This document shows, piece after piece, positions 1-13,682 of a stretch of DNA of 64,000 bases (its first letter is position 1; each line of letters starts with the position of its first letter). The notes beneath the pieces were generated by a model that saw only the letters and a program-made list of their open reading frames with translations, had not been told where the DNA came from and did no database searches. The DNA is from Chrysomallon squamiferum. Its lineage: Eukaryota > Animalia > Mollusca. A program made the position numbers and the translations under genes. The DNA lies in contig CM022677.1 in NCBI GenBank assembly GCA_012295275.1, forward strand, positions 9,548,001 through 9,612,000, written 5' to 3'.

Positions 1-1
1 A

Positions 2-838
2 ATAATAACAAAACCTGATAGCAGAGAATACTCGAATGGAGAGAAATATAACAACGTAATGGTAATGTCTGGTCCCGGTCGCCTTGGTAACAAAATGTTC
101 CAGTATGCCTCACTGATCGGCATTGCTCGACTCAATGGGTTCACGCCCTACGTGATGCACAATGATCTGCTAGTAAGAACGTTTAAAATATCTCACGTGA
201 CAAAGAAGCTGCCGGACACGTGGCTGTACCTCTGTGAAAACAGCTCCTCCACGTACGACCCGTGTCTTGAAGCTGTTCCTCGAAACCGGAATTACCGGAT
301 GACGGGTTACTATCAGTCGTGGCGATATTTTACAAATGTCGAGTCTGAGGTGAAACAGGAATTTCGGTTTCGTGAACACATCAGGATCAAGGTGTCGAGG
401 TATTTTGCTAATGCCGAGTTCAGAAATCGCACAATCGTCGGGATCCACGTGCGTAGAGGAGACATGAGAATTAGATCGTTGAAACAAAAAGGCTACACCA
501 TCGCGACACTTGAGTACTTTCGTAAAGCGATGGCGTTCTTCAGAAACAAGTTCAAAAATGTTATTTTTGTTGTATGTTCAGACGATCACACGTGGGTAGA
601 AACAAATTTGAACGCTAATGATGTAGTTTTTCACAAGCACGAATCTGAATTAGACATGGCCGTCCTCGCCAGCTGCCATCATCACATCATGTCTACGGGA
701 AGCTTTGGCTGGTGGCCTGCCTGGCTTGCTGGGGGTCACACAGTCTACTACAGCAACTTCCCAGCCAAAAACACCTGGCTTGCCACGCAGTATAACAAAC
801 CTGACTTCTTCCCTCCTTCCTGGATAGGCATGCAGTGA
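2..838 (+). CDS. Alpha-1,2-fucosyltransferase (glycosyltransferase family 11, FUT1/FUT2-like), catalytic exon; 5' part lies outside the window
   Basis: The frame is open from base 2 to TGA at 836-838. GT11 motifs are present: GRLGNxMFQYA, GYYQSWRYF, VGIHVRRGD, FVVCSDD, DMAVLASCHHHIMSTGSFGWW and C-terminal DFFPPSW. No transmembrane anchor is visible, so it is presumably upstream. Confidence 0.93.
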   Translation: MITKPDSREYSNGEKYNNVMVMSGPGRLGNKMFQYASLIGIARLNGFTPYVMHNDLLVRTFKISHVTKKLPDTWLYLCENSSSTYDPCLEAVPRNRNYRMTGYYQSWRYFTNVESEVKQEFRFREHIRIKVSRYFANAEFRNRTIVGIHVRRGDMRIRSLKQKGYTIATLEYFRKAMAFFRNKFKNVIFVVCSDDHTWVETNLNANDVVFHKHESELDMAVLASCHHHIMSTGSFGWWPAWLAGGHTVYYSNFPAKNTWLATQYNKPDFFPPSWIGMQ

Positions 839-864
839 TGTTTAGTATTAATGTTTGTTTCCCA

Positions 865-1020
<156 letters not shown>

Positions 1021-2028
1021 TTATTGTCATGTACAAATATCTTCAGAATGTAAAATACTTTCAACAAAGACTGGTTTTACGTTTTTCTTATTTTTCTTAT
1101 TATTTATAATGTAACTTTTAATATTATATTAATATTGGTTTTATTTATTTATTTTGCTTTTCATCTCTTTGACAAATTGGTGAAGGCAGCATTTCCAAAA
1201 ATGATGTAAAGCAAATTATCTGTATAACTAGGTATCTTTATCTATCCACATTTAAAATAGCAGACTTTCAGTATCCAATCGGAACTCTACAATTAAGTTA
1301 TAAAATGATTAAAAACTTAACTTCAGCTATAAAATCCCCTAGAAGACTGAGTCCGCCTCTATGCTTTGTATGCTGACGGAAGTGGACTCACTCTTATATG
1401 TCTTTTCTCATGCCAGGAAACTAGAAAATTTATTAAAACAAGAACATGCACTGAAGAGATATTTATTTATTAGAAAAATGTTTCAAGCTGCCACACCCAT
1501 AGCAGATTGATAAAACATGTTATTGTTTCCTTATAATGAAGTTATAAAATGCCCATATTTGTTTAAACTCATTGAGATAATCTTATATCCTTTTACCTTA
1601 TTTAAGCTTATTTTGAAAAACCTCAATTTCTTATTATAATGTTTTGATAATAAAATTGCTTTTAATAATAACAACAACAACAACAAAAATGAGCCTTAGG
1701 TTGCTTTAAGTCCAAACTTTTTCCTGCTTAACAGCCTTAAAGGTAAAAAAAAAAAAATAATAATAAATAAAAATAAAAATAAATTCAGAACTTTTTGGCA
1801 AAGAGCAGCCTCTTGTCAGTGTATGTACACTGGTAAGCTGACATCAAACTGACTTTGAGTCACATACACACACTTTAACTTAATAAGTAAACACTTAAAG
1901 GGTAACTGTTTTGTTCTTTTATTTTAACACGTATTTGTTTATCAAAGTAGGTAAAATTAATCTTCTATTAACAGCAAACACCTTACCACTCCTCTAAATA
2001 AGTAATAATAATGACTGAATTATACTGA

Positions 2029-2091
<63 letters not shown>

Positions 2092-2412
2092 TTATATGTT
2101 CGACTATTTTATTGAAAGTAATGATGACACAAAGCTTGTTTTTTGTTCACTGAACATTTTGTACTAAACGTTTATTCCTGCGTTGTAAATGTTAACTCTT
2201 CTATGTCACAATACACAGACCTATAGTTACACAGACACACACACAGACACACACACAACTCACACACACTTACTTATAGTCACATACATTCACACACAGA
2301 AATATAGCAGCAACACATTAAATGTACAGCAGGCTGCATGAAATTAAAGCAGTCTCTTTAAATCAGACTTATGGCTGAATATAAAACATGTTTATTGCAC
2401 AAGTAACAAATA

Positions 2413-2472
<60 letters not shown>

Positions 2473-3029
2473 ATATTATTATTATTATAAAAATACAACT
2501 CTGTGCAAAGAAGAATTAACTGCGTTGTCTCCCTTTACGAAAAATTGCATTATCTAGAACAGGGTTATCTGTTTAGTAACTGACCTGTAGATAAAAAAAT
2601 AATAATTAGACACAAAGATTTCAAAATTCATGAGTTATGGCTGATTATTTTGTTCTTTTTCTATTTATTGTAATTAATTTAAATTTTTTAGTATTTTTAT
2701 TTTATATTTTATTTATTTATTTGTCATTAATTTATTTTAATTTTTTTTTTTTTTTTATTCACATTTTTTTTTTTTCTTGGTTTTTTTTTATGAACATGTT
2801 CTAAAAACGATAGTAATGAAATGAATTGGAAATTGGATTTTTTAAACATGTATTTCAAGACTGAAATAATATGCATGATTTACATATCTGAAAATATGCA
2901 CTGAACCAATGACAACTCGTGCGAATCGAGAAACCCTGTTTTAGAAAACAAATTCTCAATATTTATCTATTTTTGCAAACTATTTATTTATTTATTTATT
3001 GTTATTACGAGAATGCTGTATGCTACTAC

Positions 3030-3072
<43 letters not shown>

Positions 3073-3347
3073 AGGGAAGTGATCATATGAGTAATGTTAT
3101 CTTCCACGATTAGAAATGATAAAGAAAGAAAGAAAATGAAATAAAATAACTGAAAAAAGATAGATACACCCACAGATAATACACATGAGACGGAATAAGA
3201 GAAGAGAAAACGTGCAGAGAGTGCTGTGGTGATTATGTCACGTGAGAGACGTGGTTATCCTGGTGATGTAACCCGCTTATGTCTTTGTTAGTCTCTGGTT
3301 TAAAGGACTGGCAAGATAATACATTTTTAATGACACCATTTGTTCAT

Positions 3348-3427
<80 letters not shown>

Positions 3428-4579
3428 TCAAATGTGTTGTATATATGTGTATATATAAACACATTCAGAAGAAATATGCACACAAATACGCTCAGATCGT
3501 ATATGAATATCAAATTCTGACTTTGAATGAAACGCCATTAAGGAAAGTATCAGATAGCGCTGAAAGGGGCGTGGCCTGTGAGTATAGTTGACATATGGTC
3601 TTGTAATTTGGTTCCGCCAAATCTATAAATGAGTTTACTAATTTGGGGCTCGCGTGTTGCACAATTACCCATCGAGACCCTTTAATTGGATTCAGTGTCC
3701 GGTGCCAAGACAAAAAAGAGCAATTTTCGCTTTGTCTCGCCAAAGATCAATAAAAAAAAAGAAAGATGTCTTTCTCACTCTTCGCTAGGTTCGTGGTGAC
3801 TTGCTTTTTTTAGGTAACAAAGGTTTTGGCGTTCTCATTTCTTTTCTTTTTTTCTTTCTATTACGTTTTCTTTTTTCCGTCTTTTTGTCACTATTTGTTG
3901 TGTCGATTCTTAAAACATGCACGTATTTTTTAACTTATTTCTTGTTTTCTCCTACTGTATTAGGAATTAAATATTTTTGGTCACTTTTATATAAAAACCT
4001 AAAAGAAAATAGTACTGAGAGGTAAAGAATTTCAAAAAGTGTCTCATCTTCCTGTGTTTCTAATTTTAATGTTCTCTGTTAGCAGCTAATGAAAGACAAG
4101 TCAGTGTTTTGGTAGACCAAGGTTATTGTCTTCACATCTCATACACATGACCCGAGAACATAGCCAGTTACCTTCTGTGTTTTATGTAAATGTGTATTCT
4201 GTATTAGATAGGGAGATATTGCCTGTCTTGGTATGAACCAATTTCTACTTTAATCAAAGATGATGTATAACACTAAAGAAAGACTCAAACATGAAATCTG
4301 TTTCTGGACTGGTTCCTAACACTACACAGTTTCTTGATTATTGTTTTTATTATTATTTTTTAATAATCTATTTCCAAAAATTTATATTTTCAGTGACAGC
4401 CAATTCAATATCACTCGTTAATTTCACATATATAAAACAATATAAGTACGTCCTTTCTTTTTATTTATTTGTTAAAATATATTTCATATTTCTAGAACGT
4501 GCGACCAATTTCTTAATTTGAATAAACTAATATATCTGTCATTTTTCACTTTGATAACATAAAGTTATAATCAAGATCA

Positions 4580-5020
4580 AAAAGTTCCTAATTATACACT
4601 AGATTAGGAATACATAATTTTATTCTAATTTAGCAATACATAATTATATATAGTTTAGTAATACACAATTTTATACTAGTTTAGGAACATATAACTGTAT
4701 ACTAGTTTATTAAAACAGAATGGTATACAAGTTTAGGAATACACAATTATATACTAGTTTAGAATACATAGTTATATACTAGTATAGTAATACACCGTCA
4801 TATACTAGTATAGTAATACACAGCCATATACTAGTATAGTAACACACACTTAGATATAGTTTAGTAATACAGTTATATACTAGTATAGTTATGCACAATT
4901 AGGTATAGTATAGTAATGCACAATTAGATATAGTATAGTAATACACAATTAGTATAGTAACAATTATATACCTTTTTAGGAATACACAGTTATACAATAG
5001 TTTAGAATTAACAATTATAT
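4580..5020. repeat. Degenerate tandem repeat, unit about 28 bp (TTATATACTAGTTTAGTAATACACA-like)
   Basis: Recurring ATACTAGT(T/A)TAG and AATACACA(A/G)TT motifs at regular spacing. Confidence 0.75.
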
Positions 5021-5211
5021 AATCGTCTAAAAGGAAATCAAAATAAATTTATTACAGTAGATTCAATGAAACTATATAAAGCGACAGACAGCTTCTGAAT
5101 GTATTTAAATAATAATAATAATTATATATATATATATATAAAACACAGTAAAGAATAGCATGAAATTGAAACGAGAGATGATTAGCCATTCAGAAATAAG
5201 TGTGTGCATGA

Positions 5212-5276
<65 letters not shown>

Positions 5277-5697
5277 GTCAGTATTCTTACTTTATTAAGT
5301 TACTGACAGATTTAGATTTACTGTAACCAAGTTGGACTCGTACACCGCTCATCACGTTCATCAGTGTTTAGCAGATCGATTGACTGCAAGGTTTTCGCCT
5401 TATTTTATTAATAACTTTGTGCAGATCGTTTCCTCAAATGACGAAAGACTTTACGTAATAAAAGATGGGTGGGTGGTGGATAAAAGTAGGGGGCGAGAGT
5501 GTGCCACTTGTAACTTCAGTTTGAGTTCCCTGCCAGTATGAACATATAAAGTTAATATTGAATCAGTTGACTGTTTCGAACGCAGGACAAATCAGCCGTA
5601 AACAGTTTTATTGCCTGAAAATGTATGCTGCTTCTTGTGCACCAACTGTATGAAATAAATTATCTTACGTATTACGGAAGAAAAACAGAATAACCCA

Positions 5698-5741
<44 letters not shown>

Positions 5742-6445
5742 CACCGACACCCAAAACACAACAACAACAAAACAATAGCAACAATAACAATATACATAAG
5801 TCTTTCTAATTTTTTTTTTTTTTAAATATCAAATAATAATAATAACAATAATAATAATAATAATAAAATAAATTAATAAATAAAAATAAAGAAATACTAT
5901 TTTTGTTCACCTTTGTCGTCTTTCTTTTTTCTCAAACTAGTAGATGTTTGCATTAGACAGCACGCGATGCACGTTTTCACGCTTGTGTTATGAATTAAGA
6001 GAAAATGCGACATCTTAGAAAAACGAGTTTGAAACTCGCTGACGAGTTTAATGTCACGCTTCTCTGTGAGAAATCGATCATCTCATTCTATTAATATCTT
6101 CACAGAAAATAAAATAAAACAAAGAAAAAACATTACGAAAAGAGATAGGCAAAAATTAAATATTGAAAGATAGAATGAAGAAAGAAACTAAAGCTTGAAG
6201 TAAAAAAAGAAAGAAAGAAAAAGTAAAATAGGAAATGAGACAGAAATAAATAGAATACAGATAAAAAAAAATAGAGAAACAAAAAGTAGAATAAATAAAA
6301 TAGAAAGAAAAATAAAACAACGAAGAGGAAAAAGAAAACAAAGAAGAAAAGAAACGATATAAAAAGAAAGCAGAGAATAGAAAGAAAGAAAACTGAACAG
6401 ATAATATTTGATTTAGTTTCGTACAAACACGTACAATAAAAACTT

Positions 6446-6479
<34 letters not shown>

Positions 6480-7084
6480 AGAATGCTAGTGTATTTACGT
6501 TCGCAAAAACGACTCACAAAGCAGTGATGACTATCATGTTAAGCAAACGCCACTACACTGGCAGCAACAACACTAGCGGTGTCCATCACGTCTAATGTCT
6601 TTGATTAATCAGCTTCCACGAGATTCAGTAATTTATGTTAATTTATTAATTTAATGTTGTTGATTTTGGGGGTTTTGTGAGTTTATTTTTTGGGGGTAGT
6701 GACGTCGTATGAAAAGAATAATGTTGCAGAAGTGCGTATTTCTATCTATTTTCGATCAAAGATGTATTCATTTCATTAGAAAACTAATTAAGAATAATAA
6801 GAAAAACATGACTGTGATAGATATGTTATAGCTTTTATTGCTTACTCCAGTAAATAGTTTATTCATAAAATTCCTTTTGTCCTTTTTATTTTATTTCAAG
6901 TTATTTTAGTTATAAGTGGAGAGTGTAGACTAGTCAAATACGTTTATAGGAAAATAATAAAAAGTGAAGTGTTGTGGTACAGATATGTGTGAAACAAAAT
7001 AATTAGAAATGTTTCTCGAATTATTTTATTTAAATATGATTATATTGAATAAAATGACAAACTTTTTCTCCTCTACAATTACGT

Positions 7085-7600
7085 GTATAAGAAAATAATA
7101 AGAAACTGAACTGTTTTAACTTGTTCATGAAGAAAATAACCAGTGAATTATTCTGATTATGTTTATAAAGAAAATATTAACTAATTGTTTTGACTATGTT
7201 AATAAAGAAAATATTAATTGAAATGTATCAACTATGTTTGTAAAGAAAATATTAATGGGAAATGTTTTGTGTATGTTTACAAAGAAAATATTAATTGCAC
7301 GTGTTTGACTTGTTTATAAAGAAAATACTGACTGAAATATTTCGACTAAAATAATTAAAAATATATATTAACTGAAATATATTGACTATATATTGAAATA
7401 TATAGAAATATATAGAAAGAAAATATTTATTGAACTTTTTTTGACTACATTTGTAAAGAAAATATTAACTGAAATGTTTTGACTATACTTATAAAGACAA
7501 TATTAGCCGAAATGTTTTTGAATATATTTATAAAGAAAATATTAACTCAACTGTTTTGACTTTATTTATAAAGAAAACATTGACTGAAATGTTTTGACAA
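7085..7600. repeat. Degenerate tandem repeat, unit about 37-40 bp (TTTATAAAGAAAATATTAACTGAAATGTTTTTGACTA-like)
   Basis: AAAGAAAATATTAA core repeated about a dozen times, ending about 250 nt upstream of the CRHBP promoter motifs. Confidence 0.8.
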
Positions 7601-7842
7601 TTGTCATGTGAGCGTGCACGCGGGTTTCGTGTTTTAGAAAGAGAGGCGGCGATTACACACAAACTGTTTTATTGATCGCACAAGTCAGTGCGGTGTCTTC
7701 TCCACGTGATGACATTATCTCCAACTGCGACTGCTTACCTGGATTACTAACCATACACTGATCTGCCATTGATGAGCGAGTGGGTGGCACCCGTCTCCTC
7801 CTTTCTTGTGAGGATCAATAAACGACAGAGGTTTATTATAGT

Positions 7843-7895
7843 TGACGTCACGACGTCTGATGCCGCCCTAGTTGCTTGTGAGTTGGCTATAAGAG
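7843..7895 (+). promoter_or_regulatory. Putative CRHBP core promoter: full CRE (TGACGTCA) and TATA-like box
   Basis: TGACGTCA at 7843-7850 and TATAAGAG at 7888-7895, about 150 nt upstream of the ATG at 8040, in a locally CpG-richer segment. Confidence 0.55.
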
Positions 7896-8039
7896 GCGGG
7901 AAAGCAGTAACTTTTGATTGACTAAACAGTTTGAAGAAAACATCGACTGAGTGGTCAAAGAAATTCTTGTGTTGTTAGACGTTTCCAGGAAGCGGGTCGC
8001 GGTTGGTTTGGTTTGGACATTAACGTGTAGACATTAGCA

Positions 8040-8111
8040 ATGGCTTTTATTCGACTTTTCGTTTTTGTAACCCTCTGCCAAATATCTGCAGGTTTGAATC
8101 TAAATGTGAAG
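8040..8111 (+). CDS. CRHBP: CRH-binding protein, coding exon 1 (signal peptide MAFIRLFVFVTLCQISAGLNLNVK)
   Basis: GCAATGG start context, hydrophobic signal peptide, strong AAG|GTAAGC donor, and phase 0 compatible with exon 2. Assigned by position and phase rather than homology. Confidence 0.75.
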
Positions 8112-8183
8112 GTAAGCAAAACACAATTTATAAATTAAATGAAAAGACGTCATTGCCTGTATTATTATTATTATTATTATTAT

Positions 8184-8221
<38 letters not shown>

Positions 8222-8456
8222 CTTATAATTAGTGCTTTTCTATTGTTTCTTACTGACTCACTACCTCAGCTACTACTTTTACCACTAATACTAACACTCT
8301 GTTACCTATCACTACCATTACTACTTCAGCTGCTGCTGCTGCTACTACTTCTACTTTCTGCAAGCGATACAACAGAAATGTTTGTCTACATGTTTATCAA
8401 ACTATTACGTGTTTACTATATTATCACTACTGTTATTGCAACTATACTGTTGGCAC

Positions 8457-8516
<60 letters not shown>

Positions 8517-8621
8517 TAACAATAATAGTAATAGTAATAAAACAACAACAATAACAACTTTAATTATGATAATGATGATTACAGTTATAATAATAATAAG
8601 TGTTATTATTATTATCTACAC

Positions 8622-8683
<62 letters not shown>

Positions 8684-8757
8684 CTCATTATTATTTCTGT
8701 TGTTATCGTCTCGTTGGTGCTGTTCATGTTGTCACAAGCTATCAAACTACAGTGTAT

Positions 8758-8788
<31 letters not shown>

Positions 8789-8958
8789 TTTGCATACATA
8801 GATGAATGCATATTACCACACGAATTATATCTTTCTTCTAAAATAAAGAAGCAAACAATAACATCATTTTTACAGTAATAAAATAAAATAAATTTGTTAT
8901 CTGAAAAAAATTGCATTACTAAATATTATTAATTTAAAAAAAAAAATAATAATAATAA

Positions 8959-8989
<31 letters not shown>

Positions 8990-9039
8990 ATTAAAATAAT
9001 AAAAACAACGTATATAAAAGACACACATGTAAAGAGACA

Positions 9040-9330
9040 CACGCAGTACTACATATAAACAAACACCTATGTACTAGATATAAACAGGCAAACACCTATG
9101 TACTAAATATAAAACAGACACATAACTATTTTACTACATATAAAGAAACAAGCACCTATGTACTACAAGTAAAACAGACATATACATATACATATGTACT
9201 ATATATAAAACAAACACCTATTACTACATACAAAACAGACATAAACCTATGTCTTACATATACAATAGATACAAACATTGTATTATGTCTGAAACAGATC
9301 TATGTACTACATATAAAACAGACACACACC
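9040..9330. repeat. Degenerate tandem repeat (TATGTACTACATATAAAACAGAC-like)
   Basis: About 9 diverged copies. Confidence 0.65.
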
Positions 9331-9852
9331 TAAGTAATTTTCCTATAAACTTACTGTGAGTTCTTTTTTAGATGCGACATTTTAATTAGATTCTGAAATA
9401 AATGTTTATCAATAATCTCAGCGCAAAGAAATATTCTTTGTTACTTGTCGATTAGCTTTTGCGTGTGTGTCTTTGTGTGTATCTTCTTATACTAAGTAAC
9501 ACAAACATGTATTCCACACTTACGTGCGTACAGAGAGAGAGAGAGAGTATTCAGCCTGCTTATTCCTTTTCACTGTATTAGAGTAGTGATAGAGATAAAG
9601 AAATGTGTATGAATAAACCGAAAAAAATACACAGAGTAAACAAACATAAATTTTATGATTTATCCCTGTTTTTTTTTTTTTTTTTTTCTAAAACGTTATT
9701 TCATTTACTTTTTATTTATTTATTGAGAAAAACAATATTATAAAAAATAGAAAAATATGTATGTGTCAGCGTGCAAAATTATTTTGTAAGTGTCAATTTT
9801 CCATTCATTGGTTTTAAGTATATATGTGTGTGTGTGTGTGTGGTGGGTGGAT

Positions 9853-9890
<38 letters not shown>

Positions 9891-9900
9891 ACGGGTGGAT

Positions 9901-9949
<49 letters not shown>

Positions 9950-10468
9950 GACAAAATGCTCTATGAGTTGGTTATTATAATCTTTATCACGAACACAATT
10001 ACCTAAAACACGACGTGAAAACAAAAACCAGTTAAAGTAATATCATTTTGCAATAACAAAACTATGATTAAAAGTATCGTGTTGTCAAGATATAGAATTA
10101 ACCGTTAAGAAGAAAAACAAATATGTCATAAATTTCTAGCTTTTTCTTAATACAAAGCAAATCGAAAATAACAAATTTAAATTTGTACTTTCAGAAATAT
10201 AAAGAGTTTATCATTTAAAAATAAAAAAATAAAAAGTGGAAAATATTCATTCACTGAAACTGACTGTTATAATTAATTTAGAATTTTCTTTTAAAACCGT
10301 AATAAAATAAATGACTGTTTGATTTTATTATGATGATTATGATTATTATTATTATACTACTGAGACTGTTACAGTATTGTTATTAGTATTTATTATTGTG
10401 TGTGTTTTTTTGTTGTTGTTGTTATTATTATTATTGGTATTCTTCTTCTTCTTTTTCTTCTTCTTCTT

Positions 10469-10499
<31 letters not shown>

Positions 10500-10526
10500 T
10501 TATTATTATTATTATTATTGGTATTA

Positions 10527-10576
<50 letters not shown>

Positions 10577-11228
10577 ATTTTTAATTCTTTTGTTTGTTGT
10601 TGTTGTTGATTTATTTCCCTCACATTCTGGTTATGATTATATTTGTATTTGATTAAGTGTATGTTAATGTTTTAAATATGTGTGTATTTCTGTTGCCATG
10701 ACGTTACTGTAACGTACTAATAACGATAATAATAACAATAAAAAGAGTTTATTTATTTATTTATTTAGTTGTGAAAAGCTTAATGAACACATATTAGTGA
10801 AAAGCAGGATGAAAATGAGTTTTCAGTTGTAGATTATTGAGATAGAAGTAATTTTTTATGTAAAACTACACTAATCCGTTTTTTATGTAAAAATACACTA
10901 ATCCGTAAAACTACACTAAATGACTTGTTGTTAGTTAACATACACAATCGTAGTGCTGCACTAAAAACAGAAGTATTGTTTGATTTAGCAGATCAGACTG
11001 TTTTGTGCCTTTGCCTCATCTCTGTGTTGTTTCTCAGGTTTGATCAGCTAATCACAAAGATTAGCTTTAAGTGTACTTTTAACAAAGATTTGTACTTCTC
11101 TGATTAATTCTTAACTAAGAGCATGCTGGGATACCTTTTCTTCTCGTTTATCTTCCTTGTTAGAAATACATATCATAATTATTATCACACCCTGTCGTTT
11201 ACAAAAATGATAATGATGCGTACGCACA

Positions 11229-11327
<99 letters not shown>

Positions 11328-13566
11328 GTGGGTGTACTGGGTTAAAGAACGCGTTACCAGTAAACAGAAATTTAGAGAAAGAGAAAAGGTTCCATTTGTT
11401 CATTTGAATTGCTAACAGACTGTTATTAATTTGATATTTATCATTAATATTAAAAATTAATACGGGGTTACATAGGGTTCAGCCAACATTCTACGAGTTT
11501 TAATTTCCTCCATGCAAAGACGCGAACCACTATAAACAAATGGGTTGTTGTGATGGAGAACGCGGTGAAAGATGAAAGATTAACTCATTTCTAAGAGTAA
11601 TCGTCTCCTTACACAACAAACTAAAATTACCTTGTTAAAGGGACGACATTAAATTGTAGGATAAAGCAACCGCAGTAATATTTTCTGTATACAGTCTATC
11701 ATACACGCACGCACACACAGACAAACACACGCATACACACCAGCACCCACACATATAATTTTAATAACAGTATTACAGTTTCTCATTACAGTAAAATTTT
11801 TATTACCTGTAAACGAAAAGAACATATTGAAATTTTATTTATTTATTTATTTATTTATTTATTTTATTATATTTATTTATTTAATTATTTTTTTAAAATT
11901 ATTATTGTTATTAATGGAAACATCAGAGATTTGATGAGTAGAAATGTTTTTCTAGTATGTGATAATATGGAGGAGCAGTGAGAAATGCTGTGTGTCTACC
12001 CTTCCTCACACCAGAAATTTTATTTGTCTCTCTCGGATAGCGCTATATGAAAACTAACATTGAACATTTTTTTTAAAATTTAAAAAATGTAAATAAAAGT
12101 AAATAAATAAACAAACAAACAAACAAACAAACAAATTTATAAATAAATAAAAGTAAATAAAAGTAAATAAATAAACATTACTGTTTAAAAATTACTGAAT
12201 TCAGAGTCAGTTAAAACTGAAATTATTTGTAATCATAATCGTACTTTTATTTAATTTCGTTTTTTATTTATTCTTTTTATTAGTTTATCGTGTTTTGTGC
12301 AGTTTAATAATTATTTACTAAAATGTTAAGGTTTTGTTGTTCTTTAGAGGTGTACTTATTTTTGTTATTGTTGATGATGTTTGATTTTGTTTATTTGTTA
12401 TTAGTTTCTTTCACGTGTGTTGTTTCTGTGAACAGGCACACAAGATAATTAACTATCACATTACGGTTAAACCCGCTCTGTCCCGGTGTTCCGCGATTTA
12501 TATAAGACGATTAACACAAATTGACAGTTCCGTGACGTAAGAACGTAACGACCAGTGCTCAACACAAATCTCCTATTTCATTTCATTCATCGAACAGTTT
12601 CTCATAAACCTATGGCGAATCAATGACGTCATGTTAATTGTCTTGACGTAGCCATGTTAGCTGGAGGGTTCGAAATAATCAGTAAGCTTTTCTCAAAGCA
12701 CCAGATCTACACGTGATGCGTTGTGTAAACGCAGGGTACACGTTGTGACGTCGCTGTGTCGTGGTGCACGCGGCTTGCTGCGGGCGCTTTGTCCGTGCAG
12801 AGTAACAATAAAGAGTTAGATGTGTCATCAGAAATAATTATATTAAATCTACACAGATGTGTCTGAGTAGGAACAGACTGATTTTTCCTCAAGCCGCTAG
12901 CGTTTTTAGAGACCAGTATATTTATTTCTGTATTAAACGACATACCCTAGAGAAAACTACAGAATAATAATAAAAGTTAAAAATAAAATTGTATAAAAAT
13001 ATTTAATTCAAGAGAAACAAAGAAAATAATAAAAGGGAAATAAGGAAATACTCGTTTGTTAGTGAACTCTGAAGATTATCAAATTATAGACAGGTTTACA
13101 CGAAAGTTTTAATAAAATAACATCCGAATTGCTTTTTAAATTAAACATTATAATTATCATTTTCCACATCATCATCATTATAATAATTATTATCATCATC
13201 ATCATTATTATCATTATTATTATCATCATCATCATCATCATTATTATTATCGTTATTGTCATTTTTATTATTATTGTTATTGTTGCTATAAGAAGACGAT
13301 GACAATGATGATGATGATGATAATGATTAAAGATAAGATAAAAACCATTTCTAAACTTCTAATTGAAAACAACACACACATAGATACTGTCATATGATAC
13401 CATTAAAGATAAAAATAACAATCTCAGATCATATTTTCACGCAAAGAAAAGAAACCTTGTTAACATGAAAGATTAACTGTAATTTAAAACAAGTTCTTTT
13501 TTTAGACATATAATCATTGTGTGGCGTGATTTTATTACGTCCATCATTTTCATTAATATTCAGTAG

Positions 13567-13682
<116 letters not shown>

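Noticed and set aside
170-487. 105-aa antisense ORF inside the fucosyltransferase exon
   Set aside because: Shadow ORF of a coding strand with no recognisable motif.
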